A DNA stretch of 64,000 nucleotides from IMG/VR virus record IMGVR_UViG_3300020167_000001, positions 21,021 through 85,020 of that record, one strand, 5' to 3'. The notes beneath the pieces are model-generated. The model saw only the letters and a program-made list of their open reading frames with translations. It did not search any database and was not told the origin of the DNA. Both the position numbers and the translations under genes were made by a program. This DNA comes from a virus. Positions 1 through 8,690 of the stretch are shown piece by piece (the first letter of the stretch is position 1; each line of letters opens with the position of its first letter).

Positions 1-1
1 C

Positions 2-3000
2 CAGTTTGCTACAGTTGAAGCTGCTTTAGCTTCTATTACAACTAACTCGTCACTAAATAGGTTTTTGATTAAAGTTGGTGTAGGAGATTTTCCGGAGAAT
101 CAGTTGAACATGAAGTCTTATGTTTCTGTTATAGGTTCTTCTATTCAAGAAACTATTATCAGACCCGCAGGTAATCATGATTTATTCGTATTTACAGATG
201 TATTTTCTGAATTATCTTTTATGTCTTTACAAGGAACTCCTTTAGGATTTTCCGCTGTATTTTGTAATGATTCTGGTGATTATACTCAGTTACATAAAGT
301 CAACTTTGTTGATAATGATACCAATGTAAAAGTAGTAGCATTGACACAAAACACAGTAATCTATATTGAGTATTGTGATGTAAATGGTGTAATGACTTAT
401 GGTACTTATCAAGATGGTTCAAGTGGATTTAGAGCTGTTGTGAATACTGAAAACTGGTATACTTTCCCAAGTACAACTGGATTCACATCTTCTTTCTTAA
501 CTGGACCAGATGCTTTATTAACAATCAATGCTTCTGGAGTTTATGGATCTGTTATTATTGGAGACCCTCCTGTAGTAGGTAACTTTGGTATAGTATTTCA
601 AGATGGTGCTCGCGTTGTTTTAAATGGTGTAGAAATAGGTTCCTTTGACACAGCTATACAAAATAATAATACAGGCGTTAGTTGTATTGTTCATGGCACT
701 GGTATAAATTTAGATAATAATAATATTGATATAAACATACAACATCCTAATACATCAGGTGGTATGTTAGGTGCAGCCACTTTAACTAAAGTATTTATTG
801 ATCCAATATCAACATTCACACCTTTATTTACTGAGCAATCAGTTACCGGTGGTTTAGTTGTAGTTGGTAATATTTATACGGGAGCTAAGTTGGCCGAAGT
901 AGTAGAGATATCTACATTTATCGGATCTCAATCTGTAGGTCTTATCTATGGAGCAGATCTTACTGATGGAGGTGGTTTTCAAGTAGATGTATCAGCTGGT
1001 ATAGGTTATATCAATGATGGTACTTTAAGACAATTAACTTGGAACAATACAAACATTACATTAGCTGCAGATCAAACAAAGTTTTTATACTTTGATAACT
1101 TAGGTGTATTATTAACAGCTAACTCTAAACCTGATACCATATTTAATCTTTACTTAGGTAAGATAAGAACAAATGCTACAGGTATTGAATTCATAAGTGA
1201 AACTCCTTTTAAAATACTATGGTCAGATAACAACTCAGAAGATTATCAAAGAAATATCTTTGGTGCTTTGTATCAATTTGGATCTATCGTATCCGAAAGT
1301 GCTACACCTTTTGAATTAGATGTACAACCTGGTTCATATTATTATGGTAATAATAAGTATACTCCTTCCGGTGGGACGGCTATAACCTTCAATAGATATT
1401 ATCAAGATAGTGTATCTACGTATGCAATAGAGTATACACAAACACTTGTGCCTAATGCTCTTATAAATACAGGATTTGCTTTAGTTGCAATGACTGCTAC
1501 TTTTTATGCTAAACATTTACTATTAATAGTAGGTGATGGTACAAATGAGAAGTACTTTTTAGTATATGCTCAATCAGAGTATGCAACATTGTTAGCTGCT
1601 GAGACAGCTCCTTTACCAAGTATTCCTACTTATTTTGATGAAAATGTTACTACAATAGCTTCTATTATAGTACAACAAGGTGCAGCAAATATCATTCAAG
1701 TATTATCAGAAAGAAGATTACCTACAACCCAAACATCTGCTACAGCACCGGTTTCTAGTCACTTGGCATTAACAGATTTAACTACTGGAAATGCAGGTCA
1801 TACTCAATTCTTATTGTTAGATGGTTCTATATCTATGATTGGAAGTTTGGATATGGCAACAAATAATATTATAAACATAGGTACACTTAACGGGGTTACT
1901 ATTGAAGCGCATGCTTCAAGACATTTACCTAATGGATTAGATCCTTTAACAACAGCGGCTCCTACTACAAATTTAGGAGGAGCTTCTACAAACGCAGTAG
2001 GTATTCAAAATTCATTTTCAAGAAGCGATCATAGTCATGCGATCGATGTATCAGGAATTGCTACAACAGGTTTGCTTACATCTGCGGATTGGAACATATT
2101 TAATAATAAACAAAATACACTTGTGAGTGGTACAAATATTAAGACTCTTAATGGAGCTTCTTTACTTGGTGCCGGAAATATTACTACAACACTTGCTCAA
2201 GTATTAGCAGTAGGTGCTTTAACAAATAGTGTTCCTATTACATCCAATAATGGTAAAGCTAGTTTAATAATAAACAATACTCTTGCTACTTTACAATTTG
2301 TAAATGGTACGGATACATCATTCTTTACAACTGGTCCTACTTATTTAAACTTTGGGTTTGCTGCCGCAGTAAATTATCTGGATGTTTATCATGATAAAAC
2401 TGGTAATAATACAAATATTCAAGGTAATGGTACTATACAGTTTAGTAATTTTACTGATTTCAGATTACCTGTAAGTGCTGGAATTGGTCCAAATAGTCTT
2501 ATCTATGCAAATGGAACAAGCAGTATTAAAAACGTTACATTAAGTGGTGGATTAACATTAACTGCAGGAACTTTATCTTTAGGAGCAATAACCGGAGCAA
2601 CAAGTTTTAATGGATTAGTTGTTACAGCTAATACAGGTGTTATTACAACAGGTACTTGGAATGCTGCAGTAATAGATGTAACTTTTGGTGGAACAGGTAC
2701 TACAACAGCATTTACTATAGGTAGTATTGTTTTTGCAGGAGCAAGTGGTGTATATACTCAAAATAATGCAAATTTCTTTTGGGATAATACTAATACACGA
2801 TTAGGTATTAAAACAGCAGCACCAACAGCTTTTGTAGATATTGGTGCTTCAACTACTGCTGCAGCTGCATTAAGATTAAGATCAGGTGTTGCTCCAACTA
2901 CTCCTAATTTAGGAGATGTATGGTATGATGGTACAGATGTATTAGTAAGAACTGCTGCAAGAACTGATAAAGTAGCTAGAACATTAACAGGTTCTGCAAC

Positions 3001-3241
3001 TTTAGATTTTCCTAATACTGCTGCATTTAGTTTTTCTGATTTAACAATAACTGTTACAGGAGCTGCTGCTGGTGATGTTGCTGTCGTAGGTCCTGCTGCA
3101 GCCTCTATACCGAATAATACTTTGTATTTTGCTTGGGTTAGTGCTGCTAATACAGTATCAATAAGATTTATTAATAATAATTTAATAGCTAGTAATCCTG
3201 CTTCTGGTACATTTAAAGTAATGGTATTTAAAAATATATAA
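2..3241 (+). CDS. Tail fibre/spike-like protein, 5'-truncated
   Basis: The frame is open from nt 2 (QFATVEAALASITTN..FLIKVGVGDFPE, a beta-helix N-cap-like motif). It is Thr/Gly/Asn-rich with fibre-type modules HASRHLPNGLDPL, SRSDHSH, TSADWNIFNNKQ and LVSGTNIKTLNG. Confidence 0.75.
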   Translation, partial: QFATVEAALASITTNSSLNRFLIKVGVGDFPENQLNMKSYVSVIGSSIQETIIRPAGNHDLFVFTDVFSELSFMSLQGTPLGFSAVFCNDSGDYTQLHKVNFVDNDTNVKVVALTQNTVIYIEYCDVNGVMTYGTYQDGSSGFRAVVNTENWYTFPSTTGFTSSFLTGPDALLTINASGVYGSVIIGDPPVVGNFGIVFQDGARVVLNGVEIGSFDTAIQNNNTGVSCIVHGTGINLDNNNIDINIQHPNTSGGMLGAATLTKVFIDPISTFTPLFTEQSVTGGLVVVGNIYTGAKLAEVVEISTFIGSQSVGLIYGADLTDGGGFQVDVSAGIGYINDGTLRQLTWNNTNITLAADQTKFLYFDNLGVLLTANSKPDTIFNLYLGKIRTNATGIEFISETPFKILWSDNNSEDYQRNIFGALYQFGSIVSESATPFELDVQPGSYYYGNNKYTPSGGTAITFNRYYQDSVSTYAIEYTQTLVPNALINTGFALVAMTATFYAKHLLLIVGDGTNEKYFLVYAQSEYATLLAAETAPLPSIPTYFDENVTTIASIIVQQGAANIIQVLSERRLPTTQTSATAPVSSHLALTDLTTGNAGHTQFLLLDGSISMIGSLDMATNNIINIGTLNGVTIEAHASRHLPNGLDPLTTAAPTTNLGGASTNAVGIQNSFSRSDHSHAIDVSGIATTGLLTSADWNIFNNKQNTLVSGTNIKTLNGASLLGAGNITTTLAQVLAVGALTNSVPITSNNGKASLIINNTLATLQFVNGTDTSFFTTGPTYLNFGFAAAVNYLDVYHDKTGNNTNIQGNGTIQFSNFTDFRLPVSAGIGPNSLIYANGTSSIKNVTLSGGLTLTAGTLSLGAITGATSFNGLVVTANTGVITTGTWNAAVIDVTFGGTGTTTAFTIGSIVFAGASGVYTQNNANFFWDNTNTRLGIKTAAPTAFVDIGASTTAAAALRLRSGVAPTTPNLGDVWYDGTDVLVRTAARTDKVARTLTGSATLDFPNTAAFSFSDLTITVTGAAAGDVAVVGPAAASIPNNTLYFAWVSAANTVSIRFINNNLIASNPASGTFKVMVFKNI

Positions 3242-3243
3242 TC

Positions 3244-3786
3244 ATGGAAAAACCTAGGTTTAAAATAAACAACAGTTACAACTCACCAGAGAATATTGAC
3301 TTTACAATCTTTGGTTTTCATAAGGAACTTATTATAGCTTCTAGTGGATTCTTGACAGATATTAAGTATTGGAAAACTTATGATGGTATAACTTATTCAG
3401 ATCTTTATGTACATGAGAAAAGATCTTTTACAGTTGATAGTGTAACAGGACTTGCTATAACAAGAACCATGATTATTGATTGGTATCTTACAGACGATAC
3501 TGTAGGATATTCTCGTACATATCCTCTTAAATATTATGATCAATACCAATCTATAAAAGAAGGTATCACAAGAAGAAATAATGTAATAGATAAAGCTAAA
3601 GTCTACTGTATTAATAATCTTGGTTTAAACTATTCATTTGATCTTCTTAATTCTCTTAAAGTATACATTGATCTTTTTTCAAATGGGTATACACAACCTT
3701 TAAGAGATGCTGTTCAAGCAAGTACTAAACCTTATTTAACAGCTCAAATGAAAACGGATATAGTTACAATCCTAACTTACAACTAA
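3244..3786 (+). CDS. Hypothetical protein, possibly fibre-associated
   Basis: 180-aa ORF starting 2 nt after the fibre gene; no motif recognised. Confidence 0.6.
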   Translation: MEKPRFKINNSYNSPENIDFTIFGFHKELIIASSGFLTDIKYWKTYDGITYSDLYVHEKRSFTVDSVTGLAITRTMIIDWYLTDDTVGYSRTYPLKYYDQYQSIKEGITRRNNVIDKAKVYCINNLGLNYSFDLLNSLKVYIDLFSNGYTQPLRDAVQASTKPYLTAQMKTDIVTILTYN

Positions 3787-3787
3787 C

Positions 3788-4336
3788 ATGGAGGATATAA
3801 ATCAGAAATATAGAAGATTGAGGTCTCTTATTAATGATGGAGATCTTATATTATTTCATGGAACAGGTATTGTTGCCAGAACTATTCAGGCTGCGGATTC
3901 TTCCTACTACAACCACATAGGAGTAGTATTCAAGAAATGTGGAGCACTCTATATTGTTGATGCCAATGAAGACGGTGTACAAGCCGACAGATTATCTAGA
4001 AGAATCCATAAGTACAGAAAAGGTGGAGACTTCACTATAGTAAAACCATTAAGAACTTCTCAAGAGATTGAGACAGCTTTGACCCGGTTACTTACGCGTA
4101 GTGATGAAAAGACCATAAAGTATGACTTTGCTAATGGTTTTAAGGAGCTTTTAAACAGAAGATTTGGTTGGAGCTTAGTATTATCAGCTGATGATAACCG
4201 TGATATCTGCTCAGATTTTGTAAGTCAATACCAGATAGACCTTGATATCGTAGTAGAAGAATTCAAACACTTAAGAATAGCTTTTCCAGAAGACACAATC
4301 AGATATAAAAATGATTATGTGTTGGTGGTAAACTAG
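3788..4336 (+). CDS. Permuted papain-like NlpC/P60 (YiiX/YebB-like) amidase/peptidase
   Basis: GDLILF...YNHIGV...KYD...ICSDFV: His before Cys, the circularly permuted order. Confidence 0.8.
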   Translation: MEDINQKYRRLRSLINDGDLILFHGTGIVARTIQAADSSYYNHIGVVFKKCGALYIVDANEDGVQADRLSRRIHKYRKGGDFTIVKPLRTSQEIETALTRLLTRSDEKTIKYDFANGFKELLNRRFGWSLVLSADDNRDICSDFVSQYQIDLDIVVEEFKHLRIAFPEDTIRYKNDYVLVVN

Positions 4337-4352
4337 TAAATTATTATATTTG
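4321..4352 (+). promoter_or_regulatory. Bacteroidota sigmaA-type promoter for the lysis genes
   Basis: GTTG-N20-TATATTTG matches the -33 TTTG / -7 TAnnTTTG consensus. Confidence 0.6.
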
Positions 4353-4364
4353 TAAAAACATACC

Positions 4365-4874
4365 ATGAAACATTTAAACCCTGCACTCGATACATTAGGC
4401 TTCAAGGATACTGCATCATTTGTAGAAAGTACATTTCACCCTAATAACATCAACTTCTCTCTCATTATGTCCTCTATCTTTGGTTGTATTGCTTATTTTA
4501 TTGAAAGCTTTTTAGGCTTTGAATCCATGGTTGCTGTAGCAATCCTTATACTGTTTACCTTAGAAATAACAACAGGAATAAAAGCCTCGTTAAAAGAAGG
4601 TGAATGTTTTAGTAGTAAAAAACTCGGCAGAGGTTTTCTCAAAATGATGATTTATATGTCCATGATTGGAGCAGCAAACTTATTATCTCAGCACATTCAT
4701 ATTAAGCCTATTTTAGGTTGGACTTTTAATTATTATGAATGGATACATTATACATCTATGAACTTTGTAATACTACAATTATTCATATCAAATATAGAAA
4801 ACTTTAATAGACTAGGCTGGACAGAATTTGTACCAGTATTAAAAAAGCTGTCTAAATTTTTAAAACTTAAATAA
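4365..4874 (+). CDS. Holin
   Basis: 3-4 hydrophobic helices, EITTGIKAS and SNIENF motifs typical of the phage holin 4 family, directly upstream of the endolysin. Confidence 0.8.
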   Translation: MKHLNPALDTLGFKDTASFVESTFHPNNINFSLIMSSIFGCIAYFIESFLGFESMVAVAILILFTLEITTGIKASLKEGECFSSKKLGRGFLKMMIYMSMIGAANLLSQHIHIKPILGWTFNYYEWIHYTSMNFVILQLFISNIENFNRLGWTEFVPVLKKLSKFLKLK

Positions 4875-4881
4875 ACCAACA

Positions 4882-5571
4882 ATGATAGTAAAGAATTTTT
4901 TATTAGCATCTGATGAGTATTATAATGAAATCTTTGAAAAAGATACAATTTATATTCATCATACAGCAGGTTCTCATAGACCTGATTATGTAGTTAATGG
5001 GTGGGAACATGATAAAACTAAAGCCGGCCTAACTTTAAAGGTGGCCACTTCCTACATCATCGGTGGAGTTTCTACAAGAGATCTTACAGATGTTACTTGG
5101 GATGGTGTAATAGTTAAAACCTTTGATGACAAATATTGGGCTCATCACTTAGGTACAACTGGAGCTAATAATTCTATCTTAAATAAAAAATCAATTGCTA
5201 TTGAAATATGCAATTATGGTCCATTAGTTCTTGGTAAAGATGGGCAGTATTACAATTATGTAAACAACCAGGTGCCAGCTAATATGGTTGTTAAATTAAA
5301 CAAACCATTTAGAGGATACACTTATTACCATGCTTATACAGAAAAACAAATAGCTGCTCTTAAAGAGTTGCTTTTAGATATCATCAAACGTCACCCTAAG
5401 ATCGATCTTAAAAAAGGGCTTAGAGAAGACATCAGCAATCCAGATTGTCTGGAGTTAAATCAAGCTGCTTTAAAAGGTTATCCAGGTGTGTGGTCTCATA
5501 GTAATGTGAGAAAGGATAAATTTGATGTGTACCCTCATCCTCAATTAATTGCTTTATTAAATTCATTATAG
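4882..5571 (+). CDS. Endolysin, N-acetylmuramoyl-L-alanine amidase (Amidase_2)
   Basis: IYIHHTAG, SIAIEICN and WSHSNVRKDKFD zinc-amidase motifs. Confidence 0.9.
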   Translation: MIVKNFLLASDEYYNEIFEKDTIYIHHTAGSHRPDYVVNGWEHDKTKAGLTLKVATSYIIGGVSTRDLTDVTWDGVIVKTFDDKYWAHHLGTTGANNSILNKKSIAIEICNYGPLVLGKDGQYYNYVNNQVPANMVVKLNKPFRGYTYYHAYTEKQIAALKELLLDIIKRHPKIDLKKGLREDISNPDCLELNQAALKGYPGVWSHSNVRKDKFDVYPHPQLIALLNSL

Positions 5572-5573
5572 TT

Positions 5574-5876
5574 ATGAGAAATATATTACTTAAATACTTC
5601 CCAGGCACTTTTAAATTTTTAGATAACTTCTTTGAAGCAATGTCTAATAATAAAGCTGGCCATAGTTTACGTAAATGGTTAGCTGTAGGTTTTTGGTGGA
5701 TCATGTTTACATTAAGTGTAAAGTATACTACTAGTGAAAATTTAACACCTGTACTAACTATTCATGCCGGTATGATTACAGCTTTAGTTATTACCTATAC
5801 TGCAGGTAACATCCAAGAAAAAAAACTTAATAATGTATCAAATAAACCAACCCAAGATGAAGATCCTAAAATTTAA
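5574..5876 (+). CDS. Two-TM membrane protein in the lysis cassette
   Basis: Two hydrophobic segments; lies between endolysin and lipoprotein. Confidence 0.65.
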   Translation: MRNILLKYFPGTFKFLDNFFEAMSNNKAGHSLRKWLAVGFWWIMFTLSVKYTTSENLTPVLTIHAGMITALVITYTAGNIQEKKLNNVSNKPTQDEDPKI

Positions 5877-6420
5877 TCTAGTACTAATCAGTACCGTACT
5901 GGTACTATTAAGTAGCTGTGTAGCAACTAAGAAACAAAAAGCCAATTTCCTTGCCAAATACTGTGAGAGAAAAGATAGCATTAGTTATGTGGTTAAAGAC
6001 TCTATTGTATACAAGGATACTACCATATTTCTACCTACAATTGTTAACACTCCTATATATCTAGAGAATCCTTGTAAATTGCTTTGTGACTCACTAGGAA
6101 ATTTAAAACCCTTCAGCAAGACTTCCGGTAAAGGTTCAGGACTTATATCTCATGTGCACACTGTAGGAAATAGTATTGTTTTTGACTGCAGAACAGATTC
6201 TTTAAAGGCCCGTATCCAGTGGCTTGAAAAACATCAAACTGTTGAAACCTTTTCTCATACTGAAAACACTGTCCAAAAACCTTGTGAACTAGACCATAGA
6301 ACCAAGTTTGATGGATTTACCTGGTGGTGGTTCTGGATCACCGCAGGCTTGTTATGCTTATGGATTCTAATTAAAGTGGGTAAAACTTACTTAAAAGCAT
6401 ACCTCCCCTTCCTAAAATAA
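5857..6420 (+). CDS. Lipoprotein with C-terminal TM helix, putative unimolecular spanin
   Basis: MKILKF..LLSSC lipobox and C-terminal WWWFWITAGLLCLWILI helix. The ATG at 5857 is preferred over 5833. Confidence 0.65.
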   Translation: MKILKFNLVLISTVLVLLSSCVATKKQKANFLAKYCERKDSISYVVKDSIVYKDTTIFLPTIVNTPIYLENPCKLLCDSLGNLKPFSKTSGKGSGLISHVHTVGNSIVFDCRTDSLKARIQWLEKHQTVETFSHTENTVQKPCELDHRTKFDGFTWWWFWITAGLLCLWILIKVGKTYLKAYLPFLK

Positions 6421-6432
6421 TTTAAAGTAAAC

Positions 6433-6477
6433 ATTGTAAGTTTAAAAGTTTATATGTACATTTGCATATAAACTTTT
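6433..6477 (+). promoter_or_regulatory. Promoter whose -7 element is enclosed by a 13-bp inverted repeat
   Basis: ATTG-N20-TACATTTG; arms AAAAGTTTATATG (6444-6456) and CATATAAACTTTT (6465-6477). Confidence 0.65.
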
Positions 6478-6490
6478 TAAATTTAAAACA

Positions 6491-6769
6491 ATGTCTACAG
6501 AAACAAACCAACCAGAACAAGAGCCACTTACCCCTGAGCAGATTGCAGAACGTAGGGCTCAACTTAAAGAATTTTATGAAAATCAAATGGAATTACTCAA
6601 ACCTCAACTTGAGTATGAAACTGCTTTGGCCTCAATTGAAGAACAAAGATTTAAAAGAATGACCATGATTATTCGTCAAGCTGAAATGTCTATGGGTCCT
6701 AAAGAAGAGAAAGAAAAAATACAAGCTGAGGGTGGAGAAAAAAAAGAGAGAACTCTTAAGAAAGATTAA
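6491..6769 (+). CDS. Hypothetical coiled-coil protein
   Basis: 92-aa E/K/Q-rich helical ORF with an A-rich leader. Confidence 0.7.
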   Translation: MSTETNQPEQEPLTPEQIAERRAQLKEFYENQMELLKPQLEYETALASIEEQRFKRMTMIIRQAEMSMGPKEEKEKIQAEGGEKKERTLKKD

Positions 6770-6789
6770 TAATTAGTCAACAAACCAAC

Positions 6790-7203
6790 ATGGCTAGATT
6801 TAATAAAGTAGATAAAAAAGTCAAACTGACTTTGGAAGAAATAATTAAGTTTCAGATAATCACTCATTGTTATATAAATCATATAACAATCAGTGATTCT
6901 GAGATTAATTGTTTGACCCTATTGGGTCTTAACGGTAAAGCAGAATTATCAGATTTTTGTAATGCATGCTGTGTACCCGAGAACAGGGACAAAGATTCTA
7001 AGCTGGCTATTACCAAAGTTATATTCAAGACCCCACAAACAGTTAGAAATTGTTTAGCTAAACTGGCTAATTACAATATCATTAGTAAAGTTGGCTTAGG
7101 TCATAATAAAACTGTGGAGTTAAATCCGGATTTGATGATTCAGATTACAGGTAACATATTGTTGGACTATAAAATTTTTCACATTGATACCCAAGAAAGC
7201 TAG
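6790..7203 (+). CDS. Hypothetical protein, possible winged-helix DNA-binding fold
   Basis: TPQTVRNCLAKLANYNII..VELNP resembles a wHTH recognition helix and wing. Confidence 0.55.
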   Translation: MARFNKVDKKVKLTLEEIIKFQIITHCYINHITISDSEINCLTLLGLNGKAELSDFCNACCVPENRDKDSKLAITKVIFKTPQTVRNCLAKLANYNIISKVGLGHNKTVELNPDLMIQITGNILLDYKIFHIDTQES

Positions 7204-7570
7204 AGATTTTAAGAAAGCCACAGCTGAAGAGACTGGGTTTTCTGAAGAATTAACAAGTTCTTTGATTGATTTTTATTGGACAACTATTAGAAAGGACCTT
7301 TCTGCTCTAGTGCACCCAAATATATCGATAGTAAACTTAGGTATATTCAAGATAAAACACTGGAAGCTTGATGAGACAACAGCCCATTATGAAGAGATCA
7401 TTGGTAAGATTGAAGGTAATTTTTATAAGCATGCCATGAGGATTGATATCAATGATAAACTTGATAAGATTCAAAGAATTAAAAAATTATTAAAAGAAGA
7501 TGAAGAAAGATTAAACAAGAAAAAAGCATTAAGAGAAAATGAAAACATTGATAAAAATATGGAACAATAA
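7184..7570 (+). CDS. HU/IHF-like DNA-binding protein
   Basis: AEETGFSEEL..IDFYWTTIRKDL..ISIVNLGIFKIK follows the HU/IHF pattern. The start codon (TTG) is uncertain. Confidence 0.65.
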   Translation: MIPKKARDFKKATAEETGFSEELTSSLIDFYWTTIRKDLSALVHPNISIVNLGIFKIKHWKLDETTAHYEEIIGKIEGNFYKHAMRIDINDKLDKIQRIKKLLKEDEERLNKKKALRENENIDKNMEQ

Positions 7571-7817
7571 ACACTTGATTTGGCAAGGTGTTATAAACAA
7601 GTTATTTAAAAAAGACCCGATTGAGATTCTCTACAGAGACCGTAAAGCTATTTGTATGAAATGTGAATTAGTTGACAGGGTAGGTCACAGTTGTGTAATG
7701 CCAGGAACCCAACCTTGTTGTAGTGATTGTGGATGTAGTCTTGCTTTAAAATTAAGATCTCCAGATTCATCCTGCCCACATCCTGATGGACCTAAATGGA
7801 AGGAGGCTCAAGTATGA
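7539..7817 (+). CDS. Small Cys-rich Zn-finger protein
   Basis: CMKC...C..CCSDCGC..K....SCP..KW pattern. Confidence 0.7.
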   Translation: MKTLIKIWNNKHLIWQGVINKLFKKDPIEILYRDRKAICMKCELVDRVGHSCVMPGTQPCCSDCGCSLALKLRSPDSSCPHPDGPKWKEAQV

Positions 7818-8047
7818 GTGGATTAATGGAGCAATTAAAAGTAGAAAATAAAAGAGTTTTTGATACATCTAAACTTCAAGATAATTATGAAGAATTTGGT
7901 ATGCTGTCTTTATTAAACTATTATTGTTCAAATGGTACTATAGATTTATCCGAATATATTAGATTAAAGGAAATGACAGAATCCCCAGATAAAGAAAACA
8001 TAGAAGTAGTTAAACAAATTTTACAATTTAAATATAACTTATTATGA
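7814..8047 (+). CDS. MCP-peptide display protein 1 (MCP ~318-336-like N-terminus plus shared helical domain)
   Basis: ATGA overlap with the upstream stop. GLMEQLKVENKRVFDTS vs MCP GLWKQLDNSYKRVYNKS; C-terminal EMTESPDKENIEVVKQIL. Confidence 0.7.
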   Translation: MSGLMEQLKVENKRVFDTSKLQDNYEEFGMLSLLNYYCSNGTIDLSEYIRLKEMTESPDKENIEVVKQILQFKYNLL

Positions 8048-8400
8048 GTGTAAGTCATGTATTATTAAAATCTAGAAGAACTGGAGCTATGCAATTTACG
8101 GAAGATTTATTTAAACAAACCTTATCAGATTTTCATAAACCGTATACTGAAAAAAGAGAGTTAGTTATTATGACTGGCCGCGGAGGTAGGGATATGCTTG
8201 ATGAAGCAATTCAAAAACAAAATGATTTAGACTTTGCTGATTTTTTAGCTTCTAAAACTTATATCTCCGAAGATGAAAAAACTCGCATTCATCAAATGAT
8301 TAATTCTACTCCTGATGATTATGAAGTAGCAAAAAGTATATTAACAAGCTTATCAGAAAAACATTTTTCTTATTATCACACAACTAAAAGATTAAAGTAA
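8044..8400 (+). CDS. MCP-peptide display protein 2 (MCP ~336-383-like plus shared helical domain)
   Basis: KRELVIMTGRGGRDMLDEAI vs MCP KRQLIVQTGMGGMRLVNEAI; C-terminal QMINSTPDDYEVAKSIL. Confidence 0.75.
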   Translation: MSVSHVLLKSRRTGAMQFTEDLFKQTLSDFHKPYTEKRELVIMTGRGGRDMLDEAIQKQNDLDFADFLASKTYISEDEKTRIHQMINSTPDDYEVAKSILTSLSEKHFSYYHTTKRLK

Positions 8401-8690
8401 TGAGTACCACACGTAATGCAATATTTATGACTATGGCCGAACAAGCTCATTTAGCAAATGTTGCTTTAGACATGGAGAAGTTTATAATGTATGGTACTCC
8501 CGATACCCAGAAAAAAGAAGCTAAAAATGCTCTTAGAAAATTATTAACAGAAAAGAAAATAACATTTACAAAAGCTAAAAATATTTTAAACATGATTAAT
8601 TCTCCCTCTAAGGATAATTTAGATTTTGCACAAATACTTTTAGATACTTTATTAACTCAAAATGTAGCAGAATATGTCAGTAACATTTAA
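8400..8690 (+). CDS. MCP-peptide display protein 3 (MCP ~277-300-like plus shared helical domain)
   Basis: FMTMAEQAHLANVALDMEKFIMYG vs MCP FLTSMESAHLTKIATDIETYLMWG; C-terminal NMINSPSKDNLDFAQILL. Confidence 0.75.
   Translation: MSTTRNAIFMTMAEQAHLANVALDMEKFIMYGTPDTQKKEAKNALRKLLTEKKITFTKAKNILNMINSPSKDNLDFAQILLDTLLTQNVAEYVSNI

Noticed and set aside
6462-6662. 66-aa + strand ORF overlapping 6491
   Set aside because: Its TTG start lies within the promoter; the 6491 frame has a proper ATG and leader.
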